A DNA stretch of 64,000 nucleotides from Scyliorhinus canicula (Eukaryota), in assembly GCF_902713615.1 (NCBI RefSeq), contig NC_052158.1, forward strand, positions 13,264,546 through 13,328,545. Direction: 5' to 3'. Shown here one piece after another: positions 11,230 through 24,045 of the stretch; the first letter of the stretch is position 1, and each line of letters begins with the position of its first letter. A program made the translations under genes and the position numbers. Below the pieces are notes generated by a model. That model was not told where the DNA came from. It saw nothing but the letters and a program-made list of their open reading frames with translations, and made no database searches.

Positions 11230-14200
11230 AATCAACTGGGGAGGGGGCACCCTTGTGTCCCTGCCCCTCCCCCACGCACCTGCCTTAATTCCATGGCGGA
11301 ATAGAATAGAAATGGCTCTAATGTGATGGATGCCAGGAGCACAAGGGATGCACTGGAATATTTGGATCAGGAGTCGCCCCACCTCCCCACCCATGCCCCA
11401 GAAATGAAATTGGATTGTTTTCATGTAGAGGGTAGAGATTGAGAAGTCTTCATTGTAATCAAGAACCCAATATGCAGAGCCAAAGCCTTTATTGTGGGAG
11501 AGATTAAGTGATAGTTTGTGTGAAAACAAAGTGAGCTATACTGGATCTAACCTGGGGAGCAAACAATTCCGCCTCCACCTTTCACTCGATGCTGGAAGCA
11601 GGATCTGGGATGTCCTCTCACCCTACTTCCTGAAATCCTGGATCCTCTCCTACATTTGGATCTCCTCGTGTATGTGTGTGTTTTTTTTTAAATGTGCTTA
11701 AGATGTCCATTTGATTTCTCACCTGGATGGTTGCTGAATCTGGGTAGGAGTGAGATCATCCCTAATTCTGTCCGGATGCCAGAGCACAGGCCTCAGTCCC
11801 TCTCTCCTCCCAGTTATCCTCCCAAATGTGTGATTCTACCAGGGCGAAAACCCCCAGGGCGCCAGCACGCCCCTTGTTTTGGTCTTCCGGCCTGCAACTT
11901 GTTTAAATACCCAGAGAGAAAGAGGCAAAATGTCAAATTCCTGAAAGTAGGAATCATCCCGAACCCAGCTGTGGTCCAACCCACTCTGGCTGAATCCAGC
12001 ATTGAAACTGTGTGAGGAATGTTTCACCATTAACACGGTCTTTTAACATTCTGGGAACTTCTCAAAGAGCTCAGACAAATGTCCAGTCTCTCCACCCCCC
12101 ATCGTTTTAATGTATCAGTCACTCTTACTGGTTCATCTGAAACATTTTGGTTAAAAATAAAATCGAAAAGTGGGGCAAGTCACATTAAACCAGACAGTGC
12201 ATTTGGAAACTAGGAGAATTTTCTCAAATCGGGAGCTTTGGGGTGTGGAAGATGTGGGCCTGAGGATGTCTGACTCCTGCAGGAAACATTGTTTGACGAT
12301 AATTTAGTGTTTCGCTCTTCTCCCCGGAAAATAGAATTATTTAAACCAGTTTAGATAGATCCTGTGCCAACATCATGGGAAGCTGTGGGAGCTCTTACCC
12401 CTTCTGCAATCACAGTCTCCGAAAAGGGAATGAGCTGTCCAAGAAACTGCTCTTCCAGTAAAACAGGGGCAATTAACCCTTTACAGTGCTTTCGAAATTT
12501 CTGTCCCGTAGATATTGAGTGTTTTTTGTTTCGAATTTTTCAAATTTCGAATTATAAATGGTTAGCAAAGGAATACTGGGGCAGCTTCGAGAACAGGCAA
12601 CTTGACTTGCAATGTCGCCTTTCCTCCTAGGTGTAAAATTAACCCCGCCACCCCATAAACCCGCGGTGGAGAGGGTACTAATCTGGGGCTGGGCAGGGCA
12701 TGTCCCCGCTGCTAGCGGCGGATTGCTTCCTGCAGTAACTCCGTCTGCCCCTCTGTGCAACTGCGCCATCTAGAGTTGGAAAACTATATCACAGAAGCAC
12801 AGGCACCACTTTTGACCCCCTATTTTTAATTAGCGAGGAGCAATTACTTGTTTTAATTATCTATGTTACAAATAGCACTTGAGGACATTTTGCTTGAATA
12901 GTGGAGAGATAGGCCTGCGAATAGTGCAGTCACTCACTCGAACACAATTCAGACACACAGCCCGTGTCACCTCGCCGTTCTTTCACAATATGATTGAGAA
13001 CGTTCTTGGCGCAAGATCTTTTACACCAGGACACAGGCGAGATTTGCTGGTTCAGCGACTATTTTACGTTTTGCAGGACAAGCGGATCTTTGAATCTTTG
13101 CAGCAACAGCAGTAACACGGATCAGGTTCCATGTTCTTCATCCGATCCTCAAGGAAATAAGTAACTCGGCCTTCACCTGTGCCCCAGCCCCAGTGGCCGT
13201 GCCCTTTGTAGGGGATCCCAAGCCAGTGAATTTGTTTTGCATGAAATCCCACCCATAGGGGCCCCTGTGCAGTGAGCTCCAGTGGAACGCCTGAGCCATC
13301 ACTGTTCTCTCCCTCCCCGCCCCCATTCCCTTCCCAACCACAACCTCTATCAGATGTGGTCAGTTGCAGAACTTTTCAATGAATGTCCTGTCCTGTTTGA
13401 AATGATCGGTGGGGAGAGAGCAATCTTCATACATTTGTCCAGGGAATATGGGCTACACACACTTTGAAAGGTTGTGTGTGTGTGTGTGTATATGTCTCTG
13501 TCGCTCCTCCTCCCCACCCCAGGTCTGAGCACTGACAGTAGTTCAGTCAATAGCAATCAAAACGTCAGTTCAGTTGGTCCATGCCTCTTTCCCTCCTGCA
13601 GTCGATCCACTTCCAGTGTGTTACCTCATCCCAATCGCTCCCCGGATTGGGATCAGTGTGTTTGTGAGGCGGAGCCAAATCACCTGGTGCTTTTTTTTTT
13701 ATTTCTGATGCCTAAACTCCAGCTTTTGTACCGCCTTTTCTTTATAACCGATTCTTCTGCCCGAATAAAATTGAGCACCTGCCTCGGAAGACAGTGTGGG
13801 GTTTAATATTGTTTCTGGGGTGTGTGTGTGTGTGGTGTGTGTATGGACGACACCAGTCCCTCCAGTCTGCCTCCACCTTCAAATGGATAATGGGAGATTT
13901 CTACCTTCATTTCCAGAACCCAGATCACCCAGTTTGGAAATGTTCATTGACCCTGAGCTTCCGGGGGCGGGGGAGGGGGGGGGGGGGGGAGGTAGGTAAA
14001 GTGTGGGGGCCAGGAGGTGGAAGATTATAACGCCTGGAATTTTCAGGCGCGTTTGTGAAGTCCTTTCTGATCTAGTTTAAGACGAATGGTCCAGTTCTTA
14101 AGGTTTTAGGTTTTGTCCAAGTGTTCAAGATTCTCACCTCTAGCAGTAATTATACCCCCAACAAACTATTTAGTGACATCCACAATTACTCCTTTTCATC

Positions 14201-14404
14201 ACTCCTTATTCATCGATACTCGGGAAACACCAGCACTTTCTGGGTGCTGATGCAACTGTTCTTCAATGGAAACCCCCATGAATCTGCATAAAAATGTCCC
14301 CAAGACCTGTGTATCCTTCCTGAGGGATATGGTGCCCGCCCAGAACTGAATGCATTAATCCAGATGTGGCACAGAACAGCACAATTGCTTTCACCTCATT
14401 TTTG

Positions 14405-14905
14405 ACCCACCTAAGCTTTTTGGACACTAAGGGCAATTTAGCATAGCCAATCCACCTAACCTGCACATCTTTGGACTGCAGGAGGAAACCGGAGCACCCG
14501 GAGGAAACCCATGCCTTCTGTTGCAATCAAATTTTGAAGTGGGTCTTGAAGCTTGAGCTTCAGGTGCAATGATGCCCACTGTGCCACACGGGCATGTATA
14601 ATAATCTTTAATATTGTCACAAGTAGGCTTACATTGACACTGCAATGAAATTACTGTGTAAATGCCCTGGTCGCCACATTCCAGCGCCTGTTCCAGTACA
14701 CAGAGGGAGTATTCAGAATGTCCAATTCACCTAACAAGCACATCTTTTGTGACTTCTGGGAGGAAAGTGGAGCACTCGGAGGAAACTCACACAGACATGG
14801 GGAGAACGTGCAGACTCCGCACAGACAGTGGCCCAACCAGGAATCAAACCTGGGACTCTGACACTGCAAAGCAAAAGTGCTAACCACTGTGCTACCGTGC
14901 CGCCC
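14405..14905 (-). mobile_element. Two adjacent HE1 copies (partial 14405-14520; gtgacaat-tail type 14590-14905)
   Basis: V-core present in both. Confidence 0.8.
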
Positions 14906-16039
14906 CATTATAAGAGTCAAACACATTACTGTGGGCCTGGAGTCACATGTAGGTCAGACCCCATAAAGATGGAAGATTTTCTTTGCTGGTGTGGACTAAT
15001 GATTGATTCCAGCAACAATCGGTGATAATTTCATGGTCACTGAGACTAGCTTCATATGCCAGATTTATTCACTGAACACTGGGGTGGGTTTTGAACCAAC
15101 GTTCCCCGAGCGTTAGTCCTAGGCATCTGGGTTACGAGTAAATTCCTCTGTTTGAATTATTTTTACTTTGCTTAATCTCCCTGGTGGCTCTTCATTATCT
15201 GGGGTGAGAAACTATTCCTACTCTTCCTCTCTGAACCTTACAATATTTACCATTAACATTTTTATATTGCTTGAATAAAACTGTCTCTTTACAATATATT
15301 CCAAATGTCATACACTCCAACACCTTTGGTTCAAGGTTTCATTAAAGTGTAATCTTAAATTGGATTTCCAAGAATTCATCCGAGGTACAGCCTACAGATC
15401 CTTGTGCAGCTCCTGAAGATCGAATCAAAGAAACGAACTGACCTTCACATCAATGTAAACCGGTTACAGTTCACAATGCAACTGGATACTGTGGTCAGAT
15501 CAGCATCTGTAGCCAAATGCGGTTCATCTAGCAGGATTTCAAATTAAATAAATGTTTGCATTTTTTTAAAGCTCCTTCCACAACCTCGGACCATACCCAG
15601 ACACTTTTGAAGTGTCTCTTGTAATTTGAGGAAAGGTTCTGGCTAATTTGCACTTAGTGAGTGCCTGGGAACGTGAATGAAATGAAATGAAAAATCACTT
15701 ATTGTCGTAAGTAGGGTTCAGTAAAGTTACTGTGAAAAGCCCATCGTAACCACATTCCGGCGCCTGTTTGGGGAGGCTGGGACGGGAATCGAACCATGCT
15801 GCTGGCCTGCTTTAAAAGCCAGCGATTTAGCCCAGTGTGCTAAACCAGAACGTCACTGTTTATTGGGGGATTAATGCGGAGCTGCATATTGGCGAGAATC
15901 TTCTATGTAATAGTGGGGAGAGGGTATTTTACACCCACTTGAAAAGGCAGAAAGAATCTTAGTTTAACATTTCATCCAGAAAGCAGCAACAATTACAGTA
16001 CAGCCCTCTCTCAGTGCTGGGTTGATGAGTTTTTACCAT

Positions 16040-16374
16040 AGAATTTACATTGCAGAAGGAGGCCATTCGGCCCATCGAGTCTGCACTGGCTCTTGGAGAG
16101 AGCATCCTACCCAAGGTCAACACCTCCACCCTATCCCAATAACCCTACCCAACACTAAGAGCAATTCTGGACACTAACAGCAATTTATCATGGCCAATCC
16201 ACCTAACCTGCACATCTCTGGACTGTGGGAGGAAACCGGAGCTCCCGGAGGAAACCCACGCAGACACGGGGTGGATGTGCAGACTCCGCACAGACAGTGA
16301 CCCAAGCCGGAATCGAACATGGGACATTGGAACTGTGAAACAATTATGCTAGCCACCATACTACCGTGCTGCCC
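16040..16374 (-). mobile_element. HE1/V-SINE
   Basis: Full length with CR1-type tail. Confidence 0.9.
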
Positions 16375-17059
16375 ATTTGGTAGCCCAAGTTCAAACGTTT
16401 GAAGCTAGGCTCAACCTCCTAACCTTTTATTTTCAAGACGAGAGTGTTAGCAATTGAATCAGGGCTAACAATAACACCAATGCTCATGATACAAGCAGAA
16501 AAATTAAAAGGATAGCATTCATGTCGTGCCTTTTTGCGACCACCGGTTGTCTGAAAGCGCTTCTCAGCCAATAGTGTACCGTCCTGTAAGAATGTAATGT
16601 TTATTATGCATAATTGTTCACACTCATTTCTGATCTCTAAAATGGTATCATTCAAAGATACTGGTTAACTGCAGCTGACCTGTGGATTAACGCTTGTGTG
16701 ATGCCAGTCAGCCCCTCCCCCACTCCCTCATGGTTCTTTCACTTGAGTTCACACCCTTCCCACAGCTCTTGCAACCTTATTGGAATGTGGATTGGGTGAG
16801 ACCCTGGTTTGAAAATATGGATCCTTTATCGGCGCCTGGAGAGCGTATGTTGCTGTATTCACGGAAGGGAGCACTGTAGTAGCTTTGCAAAACTGTCCCT
16901 TGCCTGCTCTCAGAAGGTGTTTCCTAGGAATAAAACATAGAACCAGAAAATAACTTACTTTAACTTATATTTTGCTTATTTTAGGACATAACTTACATTG
17001 GTCTAGTGACCTCTGAGCATTCGAAAGGGCTTTCCCAGCCATTGACGTACTTTTCACAG

Positions 17060-17637
17060 AATCTCTACAGTGCAGAAGGAGGCCGTTTGGCCCATCGAGT
17101 CTGCACCGACCCTCCGAATGGAGCACCTTTCCCACACCCTTGAACCCGCCGTAACCCCACCCTTTTTTTGTGAACACTAATGTGCAATTTATCATGGCCA
17201 ATCCACCTAACCTGTATTGTGGGAGGAAACCGGAATGGTACCCGGAGGAAATTCATACAGACACTGGGAGAATGTATAAATTCACCCAAGATCAGAATAG
17301 AACCCTGGTGCTGTGAAGCAGCAGTGCTAACCACTGTACGAACGTACATAGAACATACAGTGCAGAAGGAGGCCATTCGGCCCATCAAGCCTGCACCAAC
17401 GCACTTAAGCCCCATCCCCATAACCCAATAACCCCTCCTTCCCTTTTTTCATGGGCAATTTATCATGGCCAATCCATCTAACCTGCATGTCTTTGGACTG
17501 TGGGAGGAAACCGGAGCACCCGGAGAAAACCCACACAGACACGGGGAGAACGTGCAGACTCCGCACAGACAGTGACCCAGCAGGGAATCGAACCTGGGGC
17601 CCTGGCGCTGTGAAGCCACGTGCTACTGTGCTGCCCG
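17060..17637 (-). mobile_element. Two tandem HE1/V-SINE copies
   Basis: 17060-17335 (degenerate) and 17345-17637. Confidence 0.85.
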
Positions 17638-17901
17638 TGGAGTACCGACTCCACTTTTGAAGTGTAGTCATTGCTGTCCTGTAGGAAATGTGGCCGTCAG
17701 GTTTTGCACAGCAAGATCCCACAAACAACAACGTTATAACCGTGATTTTAGACATTGGCAGGGCATGCAAGAAGCTACTGCCTTATACAAGATCGGTATG
17801 ACTCCCTTGTACTCAAAGCCCCTATTAATCAAACCGAGGCATTTGCTTTATTAACTATCCCATCAACATGCACTGCCACCTTCAATCACACACACACATT
17901 C

Positions 17902-17934
<33 letters not shown>

Positions 17935-18479
17935 GGTCACTTCCTTTAGAGTTTCTGTGTTTATTTTCACTGTCTCTCCACATTCTTCCTGCTAAAATAA
18001 ATCACTTCACACTTCTCTGCATTGAACTTCATCTGCCACTTCATTGCCCAATCCACTACATATCCATGTCCTTTTGAAATTCAAGACTACCCTAATCACA
18101 GCTGACAATGCTTCCAATCTTCATATTATCCGCAAATTTTGTACTTGGGGGAAATGCTTCACTGGTTGGAATCATGCCCAGCACAAAGGAATATTTTTGT
18201 GATTGTTGACCAATCATTTCAGGGTATTGTCCCATACATTCCTCAGGACAGTGCCCTCTGCCCAACCATCTTCATCTGCTCCATCAATGACCTTCCCTCC
18301 ATCAGTGCAGATGCTCAATGATGATTGTACAATATTCAGTTCCATTAAAAAATCCTCATACCAAACCATTGGGTGCCTGCATGCAGCAAGACCAGGAAAA
18401 AGCTAGTGGTAAGCTGGAGGATTGTGAGAGCTTTAGGGGTCAGCAAAACGCTGCTGAAAATAGAATCAAAAAAAGTTAA

Positions 18480-19050
18480 GATGAACTACGAAAGGAAACG
18501 AGCAGAAAACTAAAACACTGATACCAAGAGCTTCTGTAAGTGTATGAAGAGGAAGAGAATAGCTAAAGTAAATGTTAACCCTTTAGAGGATGATACTGGT
18601 GAGATAATAATGGGGAACAATAGATGATGGAGGCATTGTCTCTGTCTTCACGTCAGAGAATAATAAATATTTTCCAACAATTTCAGTAATGCAGACGAAC
18701 ATAGTGCAATAGCCATTAATAGGATAATGGTATTAAATAAATAGGACTAAAAGCAGATAATCTTCGGGACCTGGTGACCTGCACCCTAGGGTATTAACGG
18801 AGAAGGCAGGAGAGACAATGGTTATGATATTTCAAAACTCCCTGGATCCTGGTGGATTGGAAACACGCTAAAGTAACTCCCCTATTGAAAAAGGGAGAGA
18901 GGTAAAAAGTAGGATACTATAGACCAGTTAGCTTAACCTCTGTGGTGGGGAAATTGCTGGGATCAATCATTAAGGAGGAGATGAACATTTGGAAAGACAA
19001 AGCTCAATCCACCATTGTCAGTATGGGTTTATGAAGGGTAAGTCATAACT
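18480..19050 (+). mobile_element. Degenerate CR1 ORF2 fragment
   Basis: ...tatagaccagttagcttaacctctgtggtggggaaa (YRPVSLTSVVGK). Confidence 0.75.
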
Positions 19051-19074
19051 ACTATGACCGCTATGACTGCGGGT

Positions 19075-19640
19075 CAGATGTTGGGAATTCTACAGTGCAT
19101 AACTCACTTTACTTCCCAAAGCCTCTCCACCATCTACAAGGCACTAGTCACGAGTGTAATGGAATACTCTCCACTTGCCTGGATGAGTGCGTCTCCGGCA
19201 ACATTCAAGAAGCACAACCCCATCCAGGATAAAGCAGCCCGCTTGATAGGCTCCCCGTTCTCAAACATTCAAACCCTCCACCAACACATAATGGCAGCCA
19301 TGTGTACCATCTACAAGATGCACTGCAGCAAATCAACAAGGCTCCTTCCACAGCAACTTCCAAACCCGTGATTTTTACCACTTAGAAGAACAAGGGCAGC
19401 AAATGCATGAGTTCACCACCACCTGCAATTTGCCTTCCAAGCCACACAGTATCCTAAATTGGAATTATTCTGCCGTTCTTACACTGTCACTGGGGAAAAA
19501 ACCAGAACACCCTCCTCGTCAGCCCACTGGATGTACTAACTCCAGATATCAGCAGGAGCCCAAGGAGGAAGCTGACCACCACCTTCTCAAGGGCAATTTA
19601 GCATAGTTAATAAATTCTGACTTCACCAGCCATGCTTGCA
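19075..19640 (+). mobile_element. L2/CR1-group LINE 3' end (second family)
   Basis: MEYSPLAWMSA...IQDKAARLIG...CTIYKMHCS. Related pieces at 1-330, 27330-27990 and 31890-32420 (minus). Confidence 0.75.
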
Positions 19641-20486
19641 TCCTTTAACTAATAAAGCAACACCCATTTTGAAGCTAATAGAGTTGGGTGGGGGATAGTA
19701 TATTCAATATGCAGGTTCATAATATTATTTTAAATAATAATAATCTTACCTGGACTTCAATTATACCTGTAATATGAACATACAATGTTACAGTTACATA
19801 ATGAAGACATGGTATCATTGTTCCCAATCAGCAGAGCTTACTTTCTACTCCCAACCCTCAAACCCTCCTTCATTCTAGACATTGGTTTGGTACAGTGCTT
19901 AGTATTACTGACTATTGCCAGTCAGTAATACTTGATACAAGTGGCTATTATTCATATATAGCACGTAAGGAGGAAAGGTAAAATGTCTGCATCGACATGG
20001 CCCTCATAATGGCCAGGCACCTGTTAAGAATCATCAACCTGTACTTTTTCTATGTCAGAAAAGACACACAAGACAGAGTAACAGGATGATGGCATTCAGC
20101 CCCTTGCTCCTGTCCGCCATTCACCATGCCTGCTCTTTATCTTAAACCCACTGACATAGCTTCCACAATGATATTTTAGCCGAAGGAAATTTTCTCAATC
20201 TCAGTTTTGGACAGTTAATTAGCCCCGAGCTCAATGACTTTTTTTGTGGGGAAATGGTTCCAGATTTCCACCATTTTCTTTGTGAAAATGTAACTCCAAA
20301 TGTCTCAAGGTGTTTTGAAGTGCAGCAGCTGCTGGACACACAGCAATTTCCGCAAAAGGAGCACCAGAGAGGAAAAATCGGAACAATCTGATATTGTTTG
20401 CAGGATAACCATTGACCGGGACACCATGTGAAACACTAGTACTGTGGGATCTTTCCATGCCCAGCTCAGCAGTCAGACGGAGCACC

Positions 20487-21162
20487 GGGGGTGGGATTAT
20501 CTCAGCCCATGCCGGGTCGGAGAATTGCCGGGTGGGCGTGATTCGCGGTCCGCCAGTCCGCCGATTCTCCGGAGGTGGAGAATTGGCGCCATTGTCGCCG
20601 GCGCGATCTCCGCCCAGGATGGGCCGAGCGGCCACATAAACAAATCTGAGTCCCGCTGGTGCCATCCATGTGCGGTCTTACCCGGCTGGACCTCAGCATG
20701 CATCCACCCGGATGTGGACTGGTGGGGGTGGAAGGGGGTTCTGACCCGGGGGAGGGGTGGGGGGGGGGGCTCCGCTGTGGCCTGGCCCATGATCAGGGCC
20801 TAACGATCGGTGAGCCAGCCTCTCGGGCTGGGGGCCCCTTTTACTCCGTCAGCCCCTGTAGCCCTATGCCATGTTGCTTCGGGGCTGGCATGGGGAAGGG
20901 AGCCACCGCGCATGCGCACAACCACGTCGGTCGCTCTCTGCATGAGTGCATTGGTGCCGAGCGCAGTGCGCATGCGCAGAGCTGTGGCACCCATTTAACG
21001 CTGGTCTCCGCAGCTGGGGCCACGTGGGTCGCTCCAGTGCCCTCCTGGCCTATTGAGAGGCTCAGAATCACTACTCCGGCGGGCCTGTTGACGCCGTCGT
21101 GAAACGCGATGGCGTTTATTACAGCGTCAACACTTAGCCTGAGGACCAGAGAATCCCGCCCC
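20487..21162. mobile_element. GC-rich MITE-like element, same family as 1578-2228
   Basis: Termini GGGGTGGGATTATCTC and GAGAATCCCGCCCC are near reverse complements. Confidence 0.65.
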
Positions 21163-21542
21163 GGCTTTACGGCCTTTCTAGAAGACAGCGTGGTAAAACC
21201 GGTCAATGTTGAGGGAGAACCAAGCGACATTTCATCTGCTCACATCCTGGAGTGGGACATGAACCCACAACCTTCTGAGCGACTGGTGCCAAGTCACCTC
21301 CGTAGCTGTGCACACACCGAGCAGGATGGAGGCCGATCACTCCATGCACGGCCCTAGTTGCTAACTATTGATAGCATGGCAAATCCCTCTCCTAATTACT
21401 GACAACTATTTACAGAATCGAGACTTTCAATGCAATAATTAAATGCATTGCGGCGGAAAAGAAGATTCGTCTGAATTGACACCGTATTCGTCTCTCAACA
21501 GTGCCTGTCTCCAGAAGGGAGGAACGTGCAATAAATAATTAC

Positions 21543-21589
21543 CGTACATATCGGCAGACCTTCTTCTGGCTGGCGTGACTGTCTGCAAC
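21543..21589 (-). CDS. Gene A probable cytoplasmic exon (GCRQSRQPEEGLPICT)
   Basis: Acceptor ttcttatcttgaag|, open in phase 1, donor ACG|gtaatt. Read-through would give ...CTVIIYCTFLPSGDRHC*. Any further 3' exons were not resolved. Confidence 0.5.
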
Positions 21590-21922
21590 CTTCAAGATAA
21601 GAACAGGTTAAATCTAATTACAGATTCCACATCGCTAAATTGGAAATGCCAATGTACGCATAAATAACAATGAATTGTTCTGTTACATACCCTTTCAGCC
21701 TTGATATAGCTAAAGTAAAAGGAAATGGTTTAAGATGAGAGGTGTATTTTTTAAATGTCTTTACAAGTAACAGCTATTAATGTTTCATATAATTACACTC
21801 TCAAATAGAAGGTACAATCTCCGGAATCAGCGCCATGCTTGCCACAAATTTGTAACTAGAGGCCGACATTAATTCTCACAGTAAACAGAAGAGCTAGAAT
21901 CACTCCCACAATCACACGGTAC

Positions 21923-22054
21923 CTTGATGTTGGCAGTGCAGCCGCGAGAGCAGGAGGATCATTACCAGAATGGAGCACCCGAGCAGTCCCAGCACCAGTG
22001 GATATACTCGATCATTGGTTGAAACGCCCGCTGGAGGACAATCAGCCACATTCC
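21923..22054 (-). CDS. NCR3: Gene A exon 3: stalk, transmembrane and start of tail (NVADCPPAGVSTNDRVYPLVLGLLGCSILVMILLLSRLHCQHQ)
   Basis: Acceptor tctcttgcctcacaccag| and donor AAG|gtaccg; 132 nt, phase 1-1, in frame with the V exon; about 20-aa hydrophobic segment. Confidence 0.85.
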
Positions 22055-23056
22055 CTGGTGTGAGGCAAGAGAGACGGTTCATTTGCCAAATCACCGTGTA
22101 ACCATTAGCAATCTGACACACCTACAGAAAAGGAGGTGGCGAGGAGCAGCCCCCCCCCCCCCCCCACCACCCCAGAGTCAAGTTTGACCTTCTTAGCAAC
22201 AAGACACTAATCAACAGCGCAGGGTGGAGGGGGGGGGGGGGGGGGTAAAAGTTCAATGTAACCATTAAACAGGCTGAGGAATAAACCTCATTCAACTAAG
22301 GTTTCCTTTAACATCCACTCAACGCCAGCCGATTTCCCGACGCATAGAGAACGGTTTCAATGGGAAATCCCATTGACCATCCCGTTGCCAGCGAACGGAG
22401 CGCCGCCGAGAAACACGCGGCTTGGGCACCGGATAGGCCCATCAGAATAAGTTTAACTTGAGTAGTAGCATTTTTAAACCAGTGGCTTCTCCCTTCAAAC
22501 TTCTTACTGTGCTCACCTCAGTCCAACGCCAGTATCTCCACATCATGCATTTATATAGTACCTTTAATATTCCAGGGCACTTAAGGAGCATTGCCAAAGA
22601 AAATTGAAGGAGGGGGATTCCTGAGCTTAATATCCGGACAACTAAACACACGCACCCCAGTCCCCAGTGGTGTGATGAAAGACCCGGGGGTGCAGAAGAG
22701 GTTAGAGTTGAAGGAACTGGGAGACTCCGGGGCCTGAAGGGCTGGAGGAAACGGCAGAGAAAGGGAGAGGCAAGCCCATGCAAGAATCTCAGAAATGGGG
22801 AGTCAGTGAGAACAGTTTGTGTCCGTTAGGACATAGGTGGCAAGAAGCCTGCATGAGCATTGGCTCTCTAACGATTTGAAGTTACATGTCACTTTCGAGA
22901 AATTAATTATCCATCAGTCAGACATCATTCCGGTTTGAATCACTTTTTGCTACTAGGAAGACAGATGTGCTTTAAAAGTGATTTAGATCCAGAGGCACAT
23001 GCCGCGCACATTTCAAACTGCTGGGAAATTCCTGAACTCCGGTCTGTTTGACTTAC

Positions 23057-23395
23057 TGTCAGTTACAGTGAGTTGTGTTCCTGTCCCGTTTCCTCCCCCA
23101 ATCGTCGGAACTTCCACCTCGCAGTAGTAAACATCCGAGTCCATTTTCGCTAAATTTTCGATTTTAATGAAAGCCACGCTTTGGGCAAATAAGTCCGCCC
23201 CTGACATCTGCATCCGCCCCTGGTAGAAAGGATTCCAAAGCGAAAGTTCCGTGTTTCCTGAGGCCCGCCTCCACACAACGCGTCCGACTTTCCAACTCAA
23301 TTCAAAGGTGCAGTTTAGTTGCACTGACTCGCCTTCTGTAACATTAATAGAGGCCGGAAACTGGACCACATGGATTTCACGCCTCAACCCATAAT
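23057..23395 (-). CDS. NCR3: NKp30/NCR3-like receptor gene A, exon 2: germline-joined VJ-type IgV domain
   Basis: Acceptor ttgtcctctag| and donor A|gtaagt; 339 nt, phase 1-1. Peptide ...EIHVVQFPASINVTEGESVQLNCTF...GRVVW...YQGR...DSDVYYCEVEVPTIGGGNGTGTQLTVTD has canonical V Cys/Trp/DxxxYxC, YxCxVEV and a J-like GxGTxLxV, as in recalled human NKp30. No MYPPPY, so not CD28/CTLA4. Confidence 0.9.
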
Positions 23396-23747
23396 CTAGA
23401 GGACAAATGGAACAATTGAATCTTAGAGACATCTGAAATAGGAACTGCTGTGGACCATTTGCTGAGTGGAGACTATTCCACTCTTCAGTAACAGCATCAC
23501 CTGCCTCAACTTCACTTGTCGTCATTAATGTCCCAATATTAATGAATTCCTTCAATCCAAAAATCTACTGAATTCTGTCTTGAATGTGCCCAATGAGCAT
23601 CCGCACTTCCCTGGGATAGAGCATTCCAAGATTCGCATCTCTCTGAATGAAGAAACCCACTTCCCGATTCCCCAAAGCGTCTGCACATTCTACAAGATAA
23701 GCGTGAGGAGTGTGATGCCATCGGATTCATGAGTGCAGCTTCAACAA

Positions 23748-24045
23748 CGGCACGATAGCACAGTGGTTAGCACTGCTGCCGCACAGTTCCAGGGTACCAG
23801 GTTCAATTCCGGCCTCGGGTGACTGTTGGGAGTTTGCGCTTTCTCCCCTGCCGGGGTTTCATCCCACAGTCCAAAGATGTGCATGTTAGGTGGATTGGGC
23901 ACGCTAAATCGCCTCTTAGTGTCCAAAAGGTTAAACTGGGTTACGGGGATAGGGAGGAGTAAGTAGGCTTAAGTAGGGTGCTCTTTGTAAAGACTCGATA
24001 GGCCGAATGGCCTCCTTCTGCACTGTAAATTCTATGATTCTATGA
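23748..24045 (+). mobile_element. HE1/V-SINE
   Basis: Head, V-core and CR1 tail. Confidence 0.88.

Noticed and set aside
16419-16655. Apparent phase-0 exon (DGTLLAEKRFQ...) as a gene A tail exon
   Set aside because: The sequence matches the degenerate tail of an L2-associated repeat (ttggctg..aagcgcttt...).
19901-19932. 13-bp perfect hairpin AGTATTACTGACT-ATTGCC-AGTCAGTAATACT
   Set aside because: Isolated, too short for a pre-miRNA, and resembles a decayed SINE head fragment.
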